Part shown: positions 1 through 11,798 of the stretch, in pieces
Numbering within the stretch: the stretch's first letter is position 1
How the letters are laid out: each line of letters starts with the position of its first letter
Assembly (NCBI GenBank): GCA_963713605.1
Contig: CAVQMO010000010.1
Span: 864,001 to 928,000, forward strand
Length of the DNA: 64,000 nucleotides
Reading direction: 5' to 3'
Source: an uncultured Nitrososphaerales archaeon
Lineage (GTDB): Archaea; Thermoproteota; Nitrososphaeria; Nitrososphaerales; Nitrososphaeraceae
Made by a program: the position numbers and the translations under genes
Notes under the pieces: generated by a model
The model's database searches: none
What the model was told of the DNA's origin: nothing
What the model saw: the letters and a program-made list of their open reading frames with translations, nothing else

Positions 1-272
1 AATAGAACTCCAATCATCTGCTTCAGAAGTAATTTGCCCGAATAACCGTGAATCATCAATAATAATAGATCGTTGAATAACCGTGCGTCGATCACCTTGA
101 TAATATAAACACTGTTCATCTGGGACTATCGGAATTGTGTTATTATCGTTATTCCCACTGGTATCATTTGGCTGAGGAGATTGAGGGCGATATCCTCTCT
201 CTAGCTATGTTCTCTGTCTGTGTACTCTACCTACTGATATCCATTCTATTCATGTAGTTTAAATAGCCTAGT

Positions 273-1263
273 GTGGTTCTACATACTACTAATACGGCAA
301 AAAAAGTTGAAAAGGCCCTAAACAACATAAAAACGATAACAAGAAACTCAGTCACTTGTTTTATCTGTCTGAACGATTACACAAATATCATTACTGATTC
401 TGAATCAGGCGAGATTGTTTGTAGTAATTGTGGTATAGTTATTACTGAAAAGTCTGAGAATATTAGTAATCCTGAATGGCGTGCATTTACAGCCGAAGAA
501 CAAAATAAAAGAGCGAGAACAGGAGCTCCGACTTCTCTAGCTATGCACGATCGAGGCCTAGCAACACTAATTTCAAAAACTGGCAGAGACGCTAGTGGAC
601 AGAAATTGGATACTGCAATGTATTCGGCGTACAAGAGATTAAGAACATGGGATTGTAGAATAATTCACGATAGTTCACATAATAGAAATCTATTTCAGGC
701 TTTCTCTCAGCTTTACGCTTTAAAAGATAAGCTTGGGCTTTCATACACGATAATTGAGAAAACAGCATATATCTATAGGAAAGCAGAAGATAGAGGGTTG
801 GTGCGTGGTAGAACAACTTCAGGAATGGTCACTGCAGCATTATACCTCGCATGCAGAGAAATTGGAGGACCTAGAACTATCAAGGAAATAGCTGCAGTTA
901 GTAATACGAAACGTAAGCACATGGCACTATGTTGCAGACTACTGATAAGCGAGCTTGACCTTAAAGTGCCTATGGTCGACCCCATGAAATGTATTGTCAA
1001 AATTGCAAATAAGGCTGAGTCTGTCGGAGAAAACAACACGACTAGCAATGAATGTGATGACAGAAATAATTAAAAGCAAAATATCTGCTGGAAAAAATCC
1101 AATGAGTTTCGCAGCAACAGTGCTTTATATTTCATCCTTCAAGGCGGGTGAAAAGTTAACGTAGCTTGACATAGCTGAAGCTGCAGGGGTAACAGAAGTA
1201 ACTATTCGAAATAGAGTCAAGGAACTAAATAATACGGTTGGCAAAACAATTCATTGGAATTAG
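273..1263 (+). pseudogene. tfb: Transcription initiation factor IIB paralog, disrupted
   Basis: Zn ribbon CFIC...CSNC, 'PEWRAF' B-reader and cyclin repeat 'RGLVRGR'. Frameshift near 1020 and in-frame TAG at 1162-1164. C-terminal 'AGVTEVTIRNR' ends at TAG 1263. Confidence 0.9.
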
Positions 1264-1511
1264 AAATCAAGTATTCATGTACCATTAGAAAAGATCACTA
1301 TACAAGCGGGAATAACGTTGCTAACGAGCCAAATAGTCTGTCGTTAAAGACGGATTCCCGAAGCATACCGGTTTCCAATGCCTCTTAGAATAATATTATG
1401 GCATAGTCCTTGGTGATTGCTTTAGCCACTTTATCTCTGAGTTCTACCACTGTATATTGCTACTGTTATTATGGACATGATAAACATTAACAAAAGTAAG
1501 AAAATAAGGTT

Positions 1512-1955
1512 TTAAGATGACTTTTTATCGAATCTCATATCCAAGGAAATTAAGATCCTTACACCCACACCCATTATGTGGAATAGTGTTTGAATAGTCT
1601 GTGTTGCATGATAAAATTTATAGAATAGACTGGAAACGGCAGGTAATTCGTCAATTGTATCTAAGTAATCCGCAATCTCGTCGAAAGTGAGACCAGAATC
1701 ATTCATGTTTATCAGTAAGTCCTCATCTATACCGGCAAGCTTTAACATATCTGATGCAACAAGAAGATCATATGCTGTATCAAAATCTACTCTGCCGTCC
1801 CAACCAAAATAAGACATTATTACCCCAATAGCACACCTGCCGTTATTCCCATCGGAATATCGCGACTGAATCTGTCTGAATTGCTTTCCATAGAAACGCA
1901 GGATCTGTGATACAGTCAGCTGCTGTCGTTGTTTCAGTATTAGCTTCTGACTCAT
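1512..1955 (-). CDS. Hypothetical protein (GRCAIGVIMSYFGW motif)
   Basis: 147-aa ORF with natural composition; 'NDSGLTFDEIADYL' motif. Confidence 0.6.
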   Translation of the reverse strand: MSQKLILKQRQQLTVSQILRFYGKQFRQIQSRYSDGNNGRCAIGVIMSYFGWDGRVDFDTAYDLLVASDMLKLAGIDEDLLINMNDSGLTFDEIADYLDTIDELPAVSSLFYKFYHATQTIQTLFHIMGVGVRILISLDMRFDKKSS

Positions 1956-2197
1956 AGATTGTAGAGTATAATAGTCAACAAGCTATTTAGAGAATTTGTT
2001 TTGTATCGATAGCGGCAACTAGTTAATATCAATCAATCTATTTTGTTGTACTTGCTACTATCTGAATTAAGTTCTCTATCTGAATCGGTTTTTTTATGAA
2101 TTCCGCTATGTATCTGTTCTCTTCCAACTCTCTAATCAGCTCGCTGTCCAAGCAGTGTAGAAATTAGAATTATATTAGTTCCATTATATTTTTAATC

Positions 2198-2678
2198 TTG
2201 CGAGTCTGGTTCTTGGCTGGAACATTCGGAGGTGCGGCCGAACGCACTTGCGAGATACCTGCTGGGAAAGCCATTCTATTTCCAATACTCGTTACAGAGT
2301 GCAGTTATTTGGACACTCCAGGATTGAAGACAGAGTCGGAATTACGTGCTTGCGCTAAGGAGGGCCAAGACGCTGGTTCTAGAACTTTGGAAGCCGCAGT
2401 CGACGGTGCACAATTAAAGAATTTAGAGAAATATCGAGTAGAATCTCAATTGTTCGATTCTTACTTATCCCGAAAATAACGTGTTCTCAGTAGCACCTGG
2501 AAAGACCAAAGCCGTAAGTGATGGGTTCTGGGGTATTTTAGAACCACTGCCTAGTGGAAATCATGATATTGACTTCAGCGGTAGCATAATCGATCCGAGT
2601 GGTGTCAATAATTACAACACGCAAGCAAAATATCATTTAATAGTGAAGGAACCAACAAATTCAACTATGCCAAAGTAG
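2198..2678 (+). pseudogene. 5'-truncated, frameshifted conserved hypothetical protein
   Basis: ORFs 2198-2479 and 2481-2678 join by a frameshift near 2460 ('VWFLAGTFGG...RTCEIPAGKAILFP', 'AVSDGFW..LEPLPSGNH'). No convincing start. Confidence 0.65.
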
Positions 2679-2745
2679 CGTAGTTCCGGTTTCCGCTTCT
2701 GTAAATCATTATCAGAGACTCTCCTCCGGTTCTGTTCGTGATCTA

Positions 2746-3342
2746 TTGATTATATCTCAAATTGACGAGTCATTGATCATGACAAAACACAAACTTATTG
2801 AACTTAGAAAAATAATCGAAGAAAGAATTGGATCACTCACCGAAGAAGTAGAAATAGCAACTAATGTCGAACTGAACCCGCTATACATAGTGGATCGTAA
2901 AGACGAAATAGAGTCTCTACGATGGACTACAAGAATTATCCGATGGGTCTTAGATCAGGGTATCGACGGGCAACAGCATCTTGGAGTAGACAAATTACGA
3001 TCGGAGTTGGAAGACGCTAAGAAATTTGAAAATATGTTACACGATAAAATTCAAGAGCTAGAGATAGAGCTAGAAGATTCAAATATTGATAGAGAAAAAG
3101 AATTTCTCGTAAATAATATTGATACTCTAAAATGTGTCTTAAACCATCTTTTCAATCTGAAATACGGAGAAAAAGTGCGCGCTTTAGATATTGCAGAATC
3201 CAACCATCAAGCTATGGGTAGAAGAAAGAAATTTCTCAAAATGCAAGATGTAGAGTCTGAGATTAGTGCCACAAATACAAAACTAGAGTTGACAGCGGAC
3301 TATACGCATTTTAAAACAACAACTGTTACAAGAGTACATTAA
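2746..3342 (+). CDS. Hypothetical coiled-coil protein with internal repeat
   Basis: E/K/L-rich ORF with two similar helical units ('DEIESLRW', 'NIDTLKC'). Confidence 0.6.
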   Translation: MIISQIDESLIMTKHKLIELRKIIEERIGSLTEEVEIATNVELNPLYIVDRKDEIESLRWTTRIIRWVLDQGIDGQQHLGVDKLRSELEDAKKFENMLHDKIQELEIELEDSNIDREKEFLVNNIDTLKCVLNHLFNLKYGEKVRALDIAESNHQAMGRRKKFLKMQDVESEISATNTKLELTADYTHFKTTTVTRVH

Positions 3343-3858
3343 TTTATCGAAGCTTGAGTGTAGTTCCATGAATTCGTGGCATAGCGGACATTCAATCTCG
3401 TTATCTAATTCAGTTATCACCGGCTCTTAAATTTCTAATTCTGTTAAACCAGATTCTTCTATAATTTCGAGAGCTTGATTTTCTTCCGGGGGAACTAGTT
3501 TCGTACGGCTTTGTCTTGACATGTCTTTACAATTATCAAAAATGACTATTATATTCCAGCTGACTCTGTGGTGGGGGAGAGTGGTGTACGTCTATATTTT
3601 CCATTATTTTCAATCCCATACCAGTTGTAATTTCATTCGGCTCAATCGCATAATTCAAGCGAGGCTGAGCTCGCCAAAATGGTAACAACGAGGATTGCAT
3701 AATTCATCTTTTCGAAGGCACGTTATCTATCGATTGATAATCTAAAAGATATGGTAGCTACTCGGAGGGCTTTGGAAGTGGGAACACTAGTCACAAAGAA
3801 AATCTATTTCTAATTAAACATAAAGGGAGCTAAATGATTATTAAAAGCAAGAACCTAC

Positions 3859-4062
3859 TTATGGCTCCCTGTCGTTTTCTAAAATGCTTGTAATATAAGA
3901 AAAGTATGCGGGCTCACTGGCCAGATATTCGGTTATATTTACCCTATGTTTCTTTGTGTCGCGGTGCTGCATTGCAAGGATTGAGTTGCCGAATACTGCG
4001 TTACATTCTTCGCACCACGCAGCGAAGTTTCTTCTGTATACATCAGGGCGACAGCTGGGCAA
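3859..4062 (-). CDS. Small C2H2 zinc-finger protein
   Basis: CEEC...F...H....KH pattern; true start uncertain. Confidence 0.55.
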   Translation of the reverse strand: MPSCRPDVYRRNFAAWCEECNAVFGNSILAMQHRDTKKHRVNITEYLASEPAYFSYITSILENDREP

Positions 4063-4382
4063 TATTTTACTACATATTTTTAGTGCGCTTCTCTTCCTTT
4101 AAGGTTTGTTGTCTCGCTCTTGAGGTCAAATGTAAAGACAGACCAAGTCCATTATTGGATTAACGAAATTACAAATCAATATGCAGATTTTGTTGTCACG
4201 AATGTGAAGGCTGATCCTGACAAAATATCTTTGATATAGGCTCACCTAGTAGGGAGGACTTGACGGCTCAAGATGTTGAATTCAGAATGAAGGAGTATCT
4301 AGAGATGAGTGTACCGCCTTTTGATGTCAACGAATTAAAAGTGCAATAGCAGTATCAAAGAAATTAATAAGCCAGTGCTCAT

Positions 4383-5405
4383 TTAATTACCAGTCGTAAG
4401 CACACATCTAAACCTAGCTTTACCACTCATCATGTGATCATAAGCCTCCGCTGCGCGTTCCAACGGAAAGACTTCATTCATAGACCTTACACCAGAGAGA
4501 ACACTAAATGAGAGTGTGTCTTGAGAGTCGATTGACGTACCTGATGGCCAGCCTACAATCGATCGACGTCCTTGTATCATTAGAAATGAAGGTACTTGAA
4601 TTGGTTCATTAGATGCTCCAATTATGACAAGCTTCCCATTTGCTGAAAGACCTCCCAGAATTTCAGTCATCGCCTTTCCACTTGGAACGGTCGCAAGTAT
4701 CACTTTAGCTCCGCCCAGTTTGTTAAGTTCTTCGACGGCGTCCTGTGATTTGTTATCAATGTATTGCTTTGCACCCAGATTCTTCATCAATTCCTCTTCC
4801 TTGTCTCTTGACCGGCCTATGGCGACAGTATTAAAACCCATCTTAGCAGCAAACTGAATTCCAAGGTGTCCGAGTCCTCCCATACCAAAAATGGCGACTA
4901 GATCGCCTGTACGTGCTCCACTATTTCGAAGAGCATTGTATGTAGTAATACCAGCACACATAAGGGGCGCAGCTTCGACAGCTGAAAGCTGCTCTGGGAT
5001 TGATGCTACAGCTTCGATAGGTGCAATCATATAATCTGCATATCCACCATCGTATGAAATGCCTGGGACCTGCGCATTTTTACAAGTGGCAAAATCTCCG
5101 CGCCTGCAGGATTCACATTGACCATCATGGCCTCCATGCCAGCCAACAGCTACTCTCTGTCCCGTTTTCCATTGAGTGATGTCTTCGCCTACCTTATCTA
5201 TAATACCTGCAATCTCATGGCCAGGAACCCTTGGATACTGTATGCCTGGGTATAACCCTTCCTTAGTAAAGGAATCACTATGACATATTCCGCATGCTTG
5301 TACCTTTATTCGAACTTGCGTAGGACCAGGTTCTGGAATATCCCTTTCCACAATTTCAAGAAGACCATTAGCTTTAGAAACTTGAACTGAACGCATATTG
5401 TACAA
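4383..5405 (-). CDS. Zinc-dependent alcohol dehydrogenase (MDR family)
   Basis: CGICHSD, PGHE, CESC..G...C, and GMGGLG Rossmann motif. Confidence 0.95.
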   Translation of the reverse strand: MYNMRSVQVSKANGLLEIVERDIPEPGPTQVRIKVQACGICHSDSFTKEGLYPGIQYPRVPGHEIAGIIDKVGEDITQWKTGQRVAVGWHGGHDGQCESCRRGDFATCKNAQVPGISYDGGYADYMIAPIEAVASIPEQLSAVEAAPLMCAGITTYNALRNSGARTGDLVAIFGMGGLGHLGIQFAAKMGFNTVAIGRSRDKEEELMKNLGAKQYIDNKSQDAVEELNKLGGAKVILATVPSGKAMTEILGGLSANGKLVIIGASNEPIQVPSFLMIQGRRSIVGWPSGTSIDSQDTLSFSVLSGVRSMNEVFPLERAAEAYDHMMSGKARFRCVLTTGN

Positions 5406-5637
5406 AATTCTAAATTACATCATTATTATCTTTTATTGTCGCCCTGTTCCGATTTTTAGAAATTTTTTCATGTAAAACGTTAATCGGTTAACCTCTTTAA
5501 TTTCTTTATTCTTTTCAAGGACGTATTACAAAAGTAGTTCATTGCTACGTCCTTGCAAGACTTCTTGAAAGTCTTTGACTGGAAACAGCGTATTTACATT
5601 AAGAAAATAGATGGGTGCCCGCAGGTCTTCTTGTCGT

Positions 5638-6192
5638 CTAGCAGTTTTCTTCTACGTTCTCAGCGTCGTCGTCGTCAAACTGACTGTTGAACGCTCCGTG
5701 AGCTGCTGGATGTCCTTGATCTTGGTTGCCTATTCCTTGTCTGGGTGTTTCGTTACCATCGAGTTCTGGAACCGGATCACTGCTATGTTCGCCGAGCGTG
5801 CCCTCTTCTGGATTCTCCTTGTGCTCCTGCGCTTCATGGCTGATCACCTTGCCGAAGCAGTTGGCAGATATCTCGCCATCATCACCTAACTCCTCCTCTG
5901 GAATAGTTGGGTCACTTACTGTGCCTCCTTGGGCTCCTTCAACTGAAGTCTGACTCTCGTCATCATGACTACCTACCCTATCGGGTTGAGTATCGCCATT
6001 GCCGCCTTCTCCTGCATTGCCATTGTCCACTACATTATCGCTGTTGCCGTTGCTGTCTTCCTCGCTATCGCTTTGGGCAAACACGTCGTTGTCAGTTGTC
6101 ATAACTGTTGACAGCAGTGCTGTCGCTGTCAGCATTAGTAGGGCTGACAGATATAACCTACTCTTATTTTTGGTTTCCTTGGAACTCATCAT
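5638..6192 (-). CDS. Secreted acidic low-complexity protein
   Basis: Signal peptide ending VFA|Q; D/E/N/G-rich body. Confidence 0.75.
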   Translation of the reverse strand: MMSSKETKNKSRLYLSALLMLTATALLSTVMTTDNDVFAQSDSEEDSNGNSDNVVDNGNAGEGGNGDTQPDRVGSHDDESQTSVEGAQGGTVSDPTIPEEELGDDGEISANCFGKVISHEAQEHKENPEEGTLGEHSSDPVPELDGNETPRQGIGNQDQGHPAAHGAFNSQFDDDDAENVEENC

Positions 6193-6291
6193 CGGCGTAC
6201 GAAAGTCATGAGTATTAAAAGCGCCGATTCTAAGATAGTATTGACTTATTAGGTACTACTTGCCTTGGTATGGGTTTAGTAGAGAATAACT

Positions 6292-6431
6292 TACTTCTTC
6301 ATAGAGAGTGAATACCATGAAAAAGACCATATTTACGGGACTACTTCTTCATAGAGAGTGAATACCATGAAAAAGACCATATTTACGGGACTACTTCTTC
6401 ATAGAGAGTGAATACCATGAAAAAGACCATA
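6292..6431. repeat. 50-bp tandem repeat, about 2.8 identical copies
   Basis: TACTTCTTCATAGAGAGTGAATACCATGAAAAAGACCATATTTACGGGAC repeated head to tail with no spacers. Confidence 0.95.
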
Positions 6432-6462
6432 AGCATTATAACGCTTATCACATTCGTTCAAT

Positions 6463-7144
6463 AGAGATTACGATTTACACTTTGCAGGAAAAATAGGGAA
6501 TATCTTCCATACCAAGGATATCGAAGGCAGCAATTGAGAAAGGCAGGAAACATTTACCGGATTCCGGTAATAGTTATTCACAGAAGTCTGTAGGCTTAGA
6601 TCCTGGATTTGGCTCCTCAAAATTTGGTGTATGGATAACTGAATTAGTAGATAGACTAATTCATGTCTTGCATGCAGAGGACTATCAAAGGCCCGACTTT
6701 AACAAAATGATCGACATTACGATAAATTTGCTCGACAAGTATATTATCACATTCGAAGGTAGAAGCAGGATATTTGTAGACGGTGTAAATCCTTCCTTCA
6801 TTAGGACCCTAAAGGAGAGATTGGAGAAAGATACCAACTTTGAACACATTACGGCCTATCTTAAGAAGCAATATTCATCAATTTATGATTTAGAATTCTT
6901 AGAAGAAAATAAGTTTATCATCCCAGTCGCATTCTCGAAGGAACATAAGAAAATGTTAACTCATGCCAAGGCAATGCTTGAATATCATAACGGGCAAGTG
7001 GCTATTAATCCACGACAGCATACGAAGTTAATAACTTCGCTTCGTACTGCAGTAGAAAATGGGGAAGGTAGCCTAGATAAGGAGGCTACGAGTCATGATG
7101 ATTTGTTTGATAGTTTCAGACTATCGCTTATTTTCTGGCATTGA
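6463..7144 (+). pseudogene. Terminase large subunit-like protein, C-terminal nuclease half only
   Basis: 'GLDPGFGSSKFG', 'IFVDGVNPSFI' and 'HDDLFDSFRL' match the RNase H-like acidic motifs of terminase nuclease domains. N-terminal ATPase absent; frameshift near 6527. Confidence 0.7.
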
Positions 7145-7186
7145 AAGATATCAAGCTGCTTGCTGGTTCACCTAAAAGTGAAGAGG

Positions 7187-7668
7187 TTAGAGGTTCGCTT
7201 CCGAGCTCGACGCCGACATTGATCGCTTGATTACCACTTTGTGTCCAGAGTTCTGCTTGCCTTGATTCTGTGACCCTATCTCCTGACAGAAATCTGCGAC
7301 TGATATGAAGCCATTGCTACAATCGCTTGCTTGTGGCTGGGCTTGACTGTTTCCAGGTCCACCTTTCTTCATGTCATCATTACTCTTCTTATCTGCGGAC
7401 GCATCATCTGTTGCTGGAGAGGTGAGATCGTCGGCTTCAGTACCGATTGCAAGATTGATTTCTTGATTACCACTTTGTGCTACAGAGTTCTCCTTGCCTT
7501 GATTCTGTGACCCTATCTCCTGACAGAAATCTGCGACTGATATGAAGCCATTGTCTCTTTGAAGCCATGTCTCTTTTTGACTGCAACCGCATTGTCGGTG
7601 GTTGCTAATGTTGCTGCTGCAACTAACATTAATGTCATCGCTGCCACTACCAAATATTTGGAGTTCAT
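7187..7668 (-). CDS. Secreted Q/N/S-rich protein with duplicated Cys motif (frameshifted)
   Basis: Signal peptide MNSKYLVVAAMTLMLVAAATLATTDNAVA from 7668; frameshift near 7552; 'NGFISVADFCQEIGSQNQGK' occurs twice. Confidence 0.65.
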
Positions 7669-7875
7669 ATATTTACGCTAAATCCCAGGTACGATTTGTT
7701 AATATGCATTAACTTAACCGAGTACAATACTATTATCTGATTTATCATCTGTAGACTATATTGAAGAAGCAGGTGTTCTGGCAATAGATATCCTTTAGAG
7801 AAGATAAATATGATTTAACAGAGATTCCAATTCAATCTAACCCCTATAAACCATTGTTAGAATCCACTTAGCAGT

Positions 7876-8547
7876 ATGCATAGGGCCAATTTAACTATCA
7901 TAGCAATACCAGTACTATTACTTGCTATTACTACAGTAGCAACACCTTCCATGATAACGGAGGACGTATTTGCAAAATATGGAAGGTATGGTACCGGTGA
8001 TTCTACTAGTCAGGCAGCGGCAGTTAGCAATGAGTGTTTAAACCCTATACTTGATTCAAATACTATCGATAATGCACTTGGCGTAGGCAACTGCGGTGGC
8101 ACAGTGTCGCAGCAGGATGAATCAGGCTCGGCTGCAGCACCAATAACCCATCAGAGTGCAAGCCCCACAATCGAATTGCAACGGAATACAGGAGGAGGAC
8201 AACATCACTCCTCCGTATCATCATCATCACCACAAGAACCTTCCCCCAACTCTGGAACGGTCTTTTTGACCGTGAATGTTGGTCCATTTGTGGACCAATT
8301 GTCCTTTGCAGTAAGTACAGATGCAGTGTCTCCTACTGGAATTACTCCAGTAAATCAGGAACAGACCCTCACCTTTTCCCCTGTTCCCCCGTCCACATTT
8401 GAAGTAACATTCACGGGTGATGCACATGCAGCTGTAGAGCAAGCCTCACCCCCTTGCTCGGTAGGCGGCGAGATGACAATTACCGGCAATATCCCACCTG
8501 CTGGTGGAATTATCTCTTGCACCATAGTTATAGAAAACGTACCATAA
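7876..8547 (+). CDS. Secreted protein: Cys-pair S/Q/N-rich motif plus C-terminal beta-rich domain
   Basis: Signal peptide ending VFA|K; 'SQAAAVSNECLN...NCGGTVSQQ'. Confidence 0.75.
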   Translation: MHRANLTIIAIPVLLLAITTVATPSMITEDVFAKYGRYGTGDSTSQAAAVSNECLNPILDSNTIDNALGVGNCGGTVSQQDESGSAAAPITHQSASPTIELQRNTGGGQHHSSVSSSSPQEPSPNSGTVFLTVNVGPFVDQLSFAVSTDAVSPTGITPVNQEQTLTFSPVPPSTFEVTFTGDAHAAVEQASPPCSVGGEMTITGNIPPAGGIISCTIVIENVP

Positions 8548-8706
8548 GGATAGGCTAGGATGATCAGTTAGGTGGCCAATGTCATAAGGAAGTCAAGGAG
8601 CCTAGCCAGGGATCAGAGAATACCCAGAAGGACCAGCAGCAAAAACCACACTAGGAATTATTAGTATTATTATTATGATGATGATTCCTACATTCATCAA
8701 ATGACT

Positions 8707-9135
<429 letters not shown>

Positions 9136-9184
9136 GTTACTAGTTTGAGGGTAACAAAGTCCTGAGCGTGAAATCGCTTACGGT

Positions 9185-9420
9185 ATGACGTATCTGCAGT
9201 TACAGAAAATCATTATAGATTACATTTACTATTCATTGCACGGAATTGTAGTTGATGCATTTAATGAACCTAGAGAAGCATTGTTGAGCTTCAAATCTAG
9301 TTACTACGACTTGGTTATACTTGATATTAAAATGCCTGATATGGATGGCTTTGAACTGTATCGGGAGTGAAGAAAATTGATCCCGCTGTTAAGAGCTTGT
9401 TTTCTTACGACCAATGAGCG
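9185..9420 (+). pseudogene. Response-regulator receiver domain fragment
   Basis: 'YDLVILDIKMPDMDGFELYRE', then a frameshift, then 'KKIDPAVKS'. 3' end abuts the convergent gene. Confidence 0.8.
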
Positions 9421-9430
9421 TTTATTCTTG

Positions 9431-10024
9431 TCAAGATCTCTTTGCCTCGTAGTGGAGCAATACGGCACCGTTTTCGAACGCTTTTGATTCAATCAGAGTG
9501 TATTTTTGAATCTCGTTCAAGTCCTTAAATATGGTCATACCGTTTCCGATTGCCACAGGATTAATAAAAAAATAAAATTCGTCAATTAGTTTTTCTTTAA
9601 TCAAGGAAGAATCGAATGAGGCACCACCATAAACGACGATGTCCCCGCCGTTTTGACTCTTTATCTTGTTAACCTCTTCTATGAGATTGCCTGTTGCAAT
9701 ATCTGTATTTATCCACCTGGATTTGTTCAGTGTTTTAGTGAATACAACTTTTGGGATATCAATCATCCTTTTAGAGAACTCATACCAGGGGTCATTAGGC
9801 TTGTTCATCACATCTGACCAGTAAGAGATGAAATCATCAGTCATTTTCCGTCCAAGGAGAATGGTGTCAACAGGCTCATGTAATTCGTATTCATATTTTA
9901 TGATTTCATCATCCGAGAGTCCAACCATCCAATCCATTTCACCGTTTGGGCCAGCAATACAGCCATCTACGGACATTGCGACATGAAGTCTTAATTTTCT
10001 CAACGCCTTATTGTTATTTGCCAT
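9431..10024 (-). CDS. Dihydrofolate reductase / RibD C-terminal family protein
   Basis: 'MSVDGCIAGPNGEMDW', 'LLGRKM', 'DIVVYGGASF', 'LIDEF..FINPVAIGNG'. Confidence 0.92.
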   Translation of the reverse strand: MANNNKALRKLRLHVAMSVDGCIAGPNGEMDWMVGLSDDEIIKYEYELHEPVDTILLGRKMTDDFISYWSDVMNKPNDPWYEFSKRMIDIPKVVFTKTLNKSRWINTDIATGNLIEEVNKIKSQNGGDIVVYGGASFDSSLIKEKLIDEFYFFINPVAIGNGMTIFKDLNEIQKYTLIESKAFENGAVLLHYEAKRS

Positions 10025-10189
10025 TGCAGAAAAACGAATCTTTGTCTTAACTATGTTTCTATCCCTTAAGAACCCAAAACTTTGTTATACTGATTTATCT
10101 AACCTAAAAACGAACATCTGAGCAAAGTCGAACGGCGATTAAAGTGGTGTCGAGATAAAGTCAGAGAGTTATCCATTAAAGGTCATGGA

Positions 10190-10300
10190 CGCCTGGCTTT
10201 TACAGATCAAAGATGCGGGTCATGCAATAATGACTCAATATCCGGCGGAGGTCGCGGAGATATTAAATACATTCCTATCTACTTCAGGCCAAAGTAGTTG
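10190..10300 (+). pseudogene. Alpha/beta-hydrolase C-terminal relic
   Basis: Translates AWLLQIKDAGHAIMTQYPAEVAEILNTFLSTSGQSS* (catalytic His segment). Confidence 0.6.
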
Positions 10301-10379
10301 AATTATCCATTGAGTGACTAAGCATGTCGCACTTGGCTGTGGTGAAAGGATGGACCATACGCTTCATTTGCCGGACGGT

Positions 10380-10492
10380 ATAACAACCTAGGGTACCTGT
10401 GGGAGAACGGTGAAGGTATGCTCGATAAGGAAGCAACTAGTCATGATGATTTGATGGACGCATTCAGGATGTCTTTGTTGTTCTGGCATTAG
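10380..10492 (+). pseudogene. Terminase-like gene 3'-end relic
   Basis: ENGEGMLDKEATSHDDLMDAFRMSLLFWH*, nearly identical to the C-terminus of 6463-7144. Confidence 0.85.
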
Positions 10493-10682
10493 AATCAAAG
10501 ATTTAGGTCATTTGTGTTATTGCGAGGTCAATAATGACCCTGTTACCGTATGATGCAAGAAATGAAAGATTGATTGACAAACTATCTCTGCAGTTATGGC
10601 ATTGATATATGACGATGCTGTAAGAACATGCTGTAATTATATTCTCGAAGATTAATTAATATCTTTCAGGTTAGTTGTTCTA

Positions 10683-11329
10683 ATGACAGAAAGTAGTTTG
10701 GTTGTAAAATCCAAGAATAGGATGAAGATATCTTTTCCACTTGTGGCTTTGTCTTTGACTTTGGCCAGCGTTATTTTCATCGGAACTTCGGCAATGCCTT
10801 TCGAATTGGTAAACGGACAGAATGCTACGGGACAGAATGCTACGGGACAGAATGCTACGGGGCAAATAGAAAATGCAAGTGCTATTGATCAGGTCGATAT
10901 TGACGTGCTCAAAACTCTTGCACTTCAGGTTATGCTAACACCGCAAACGTAACGATCGATGGTAAACCTACTCCATTCAGCTACAACATTATAGGAGGCT
11001 CACTTGTTGGGATGCTAGCAAATCCTGATAGACATGCATTGTACCTGGCTCTTAACCCCCAAAGCAACGAAGACGGAGGAGCAGTGGAGATTCAGTTACC
11101 TAGAAATCTCATAGACTCCAAAGGTACATCAGATAAGGACAAACCGTATACTGTTGTAATGGATGGTGACAGGATGAGTGGTGAACCCACCGGTATATGT
11201 CTCGGAGATTGTCCCAATATCTTCAACAGTTTCAAACAAACTGGACAATCGGACAAAGAGAGAGTGTTGACTATTGTATTTGGTCCGGAGAGTAGATTTG
11301 TAGAGATTATTGGCAACAAAGGAGCGTAA
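10683..11329 (+). CDS. Secreted protein with GQNAT repeats (frameshifted near 10930)
   Basis: Signal peptide; two adjacent ORFs; 'IQLPRNLIDS...YTVVMDG...RVLTIVF...VEIIG' resembles thaumarchaeal surface proteins. Confidence 0.7.
10815..10859 (+). repeat. 15-bp tandem repeat x3 encoding GQNAT (N-glycosylation sequons)
   Basis: GGACAGAATGCTACG three times. Confidence 0.9.
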
Positions 11330-11798
11330 GCATAAGTTTAGCAATATGTCATTTATTTCGACCAGCAAAGAGATTAACTAACCTTTTTATTTTGTGCTTG
11401 ATGGTATGATTCTGCTCATTGAATTTTTTGTTTTATCTTCTGCTCATTCATTGTCTTGATTGACTCTTGAACCCTTACACGGGAATAGATAATAGGTATG
11501 GCAGCAGGCCGGAGATGTAATAAGAAGTGGTCTAAGGAAGTTAAACAGAGGATTAGCAAGACGATCCATCGAATGCATACATGGAGTGAGGATGAGTTAA
11601 AGATGTGTCATTCTAAAGAGAAAGCAACGGAAAGGTTAATTTCTACGAGGTTAATCTCTACGAGGAATGGACCCGAAAGTCAAGGAAGGATGGTATATAC
11701 GAAATAGTAAATTGCTATCACGACAAGTCAACCATCACTTAATGTAAAAAATGCACCAATTATTACTGCTACAGCGCGCGTTATTCTACCCATAAAAT

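Noticed and set aside
5611..6211. Several plus-strand ORFs
   Set aside because: Antisense to the signal-peptide-bearing gene 5638-6192.
6292..6431. Possible CRISPR array
   Set aside because: Units are fully identical with no unique spacers, and no cas genes are present.
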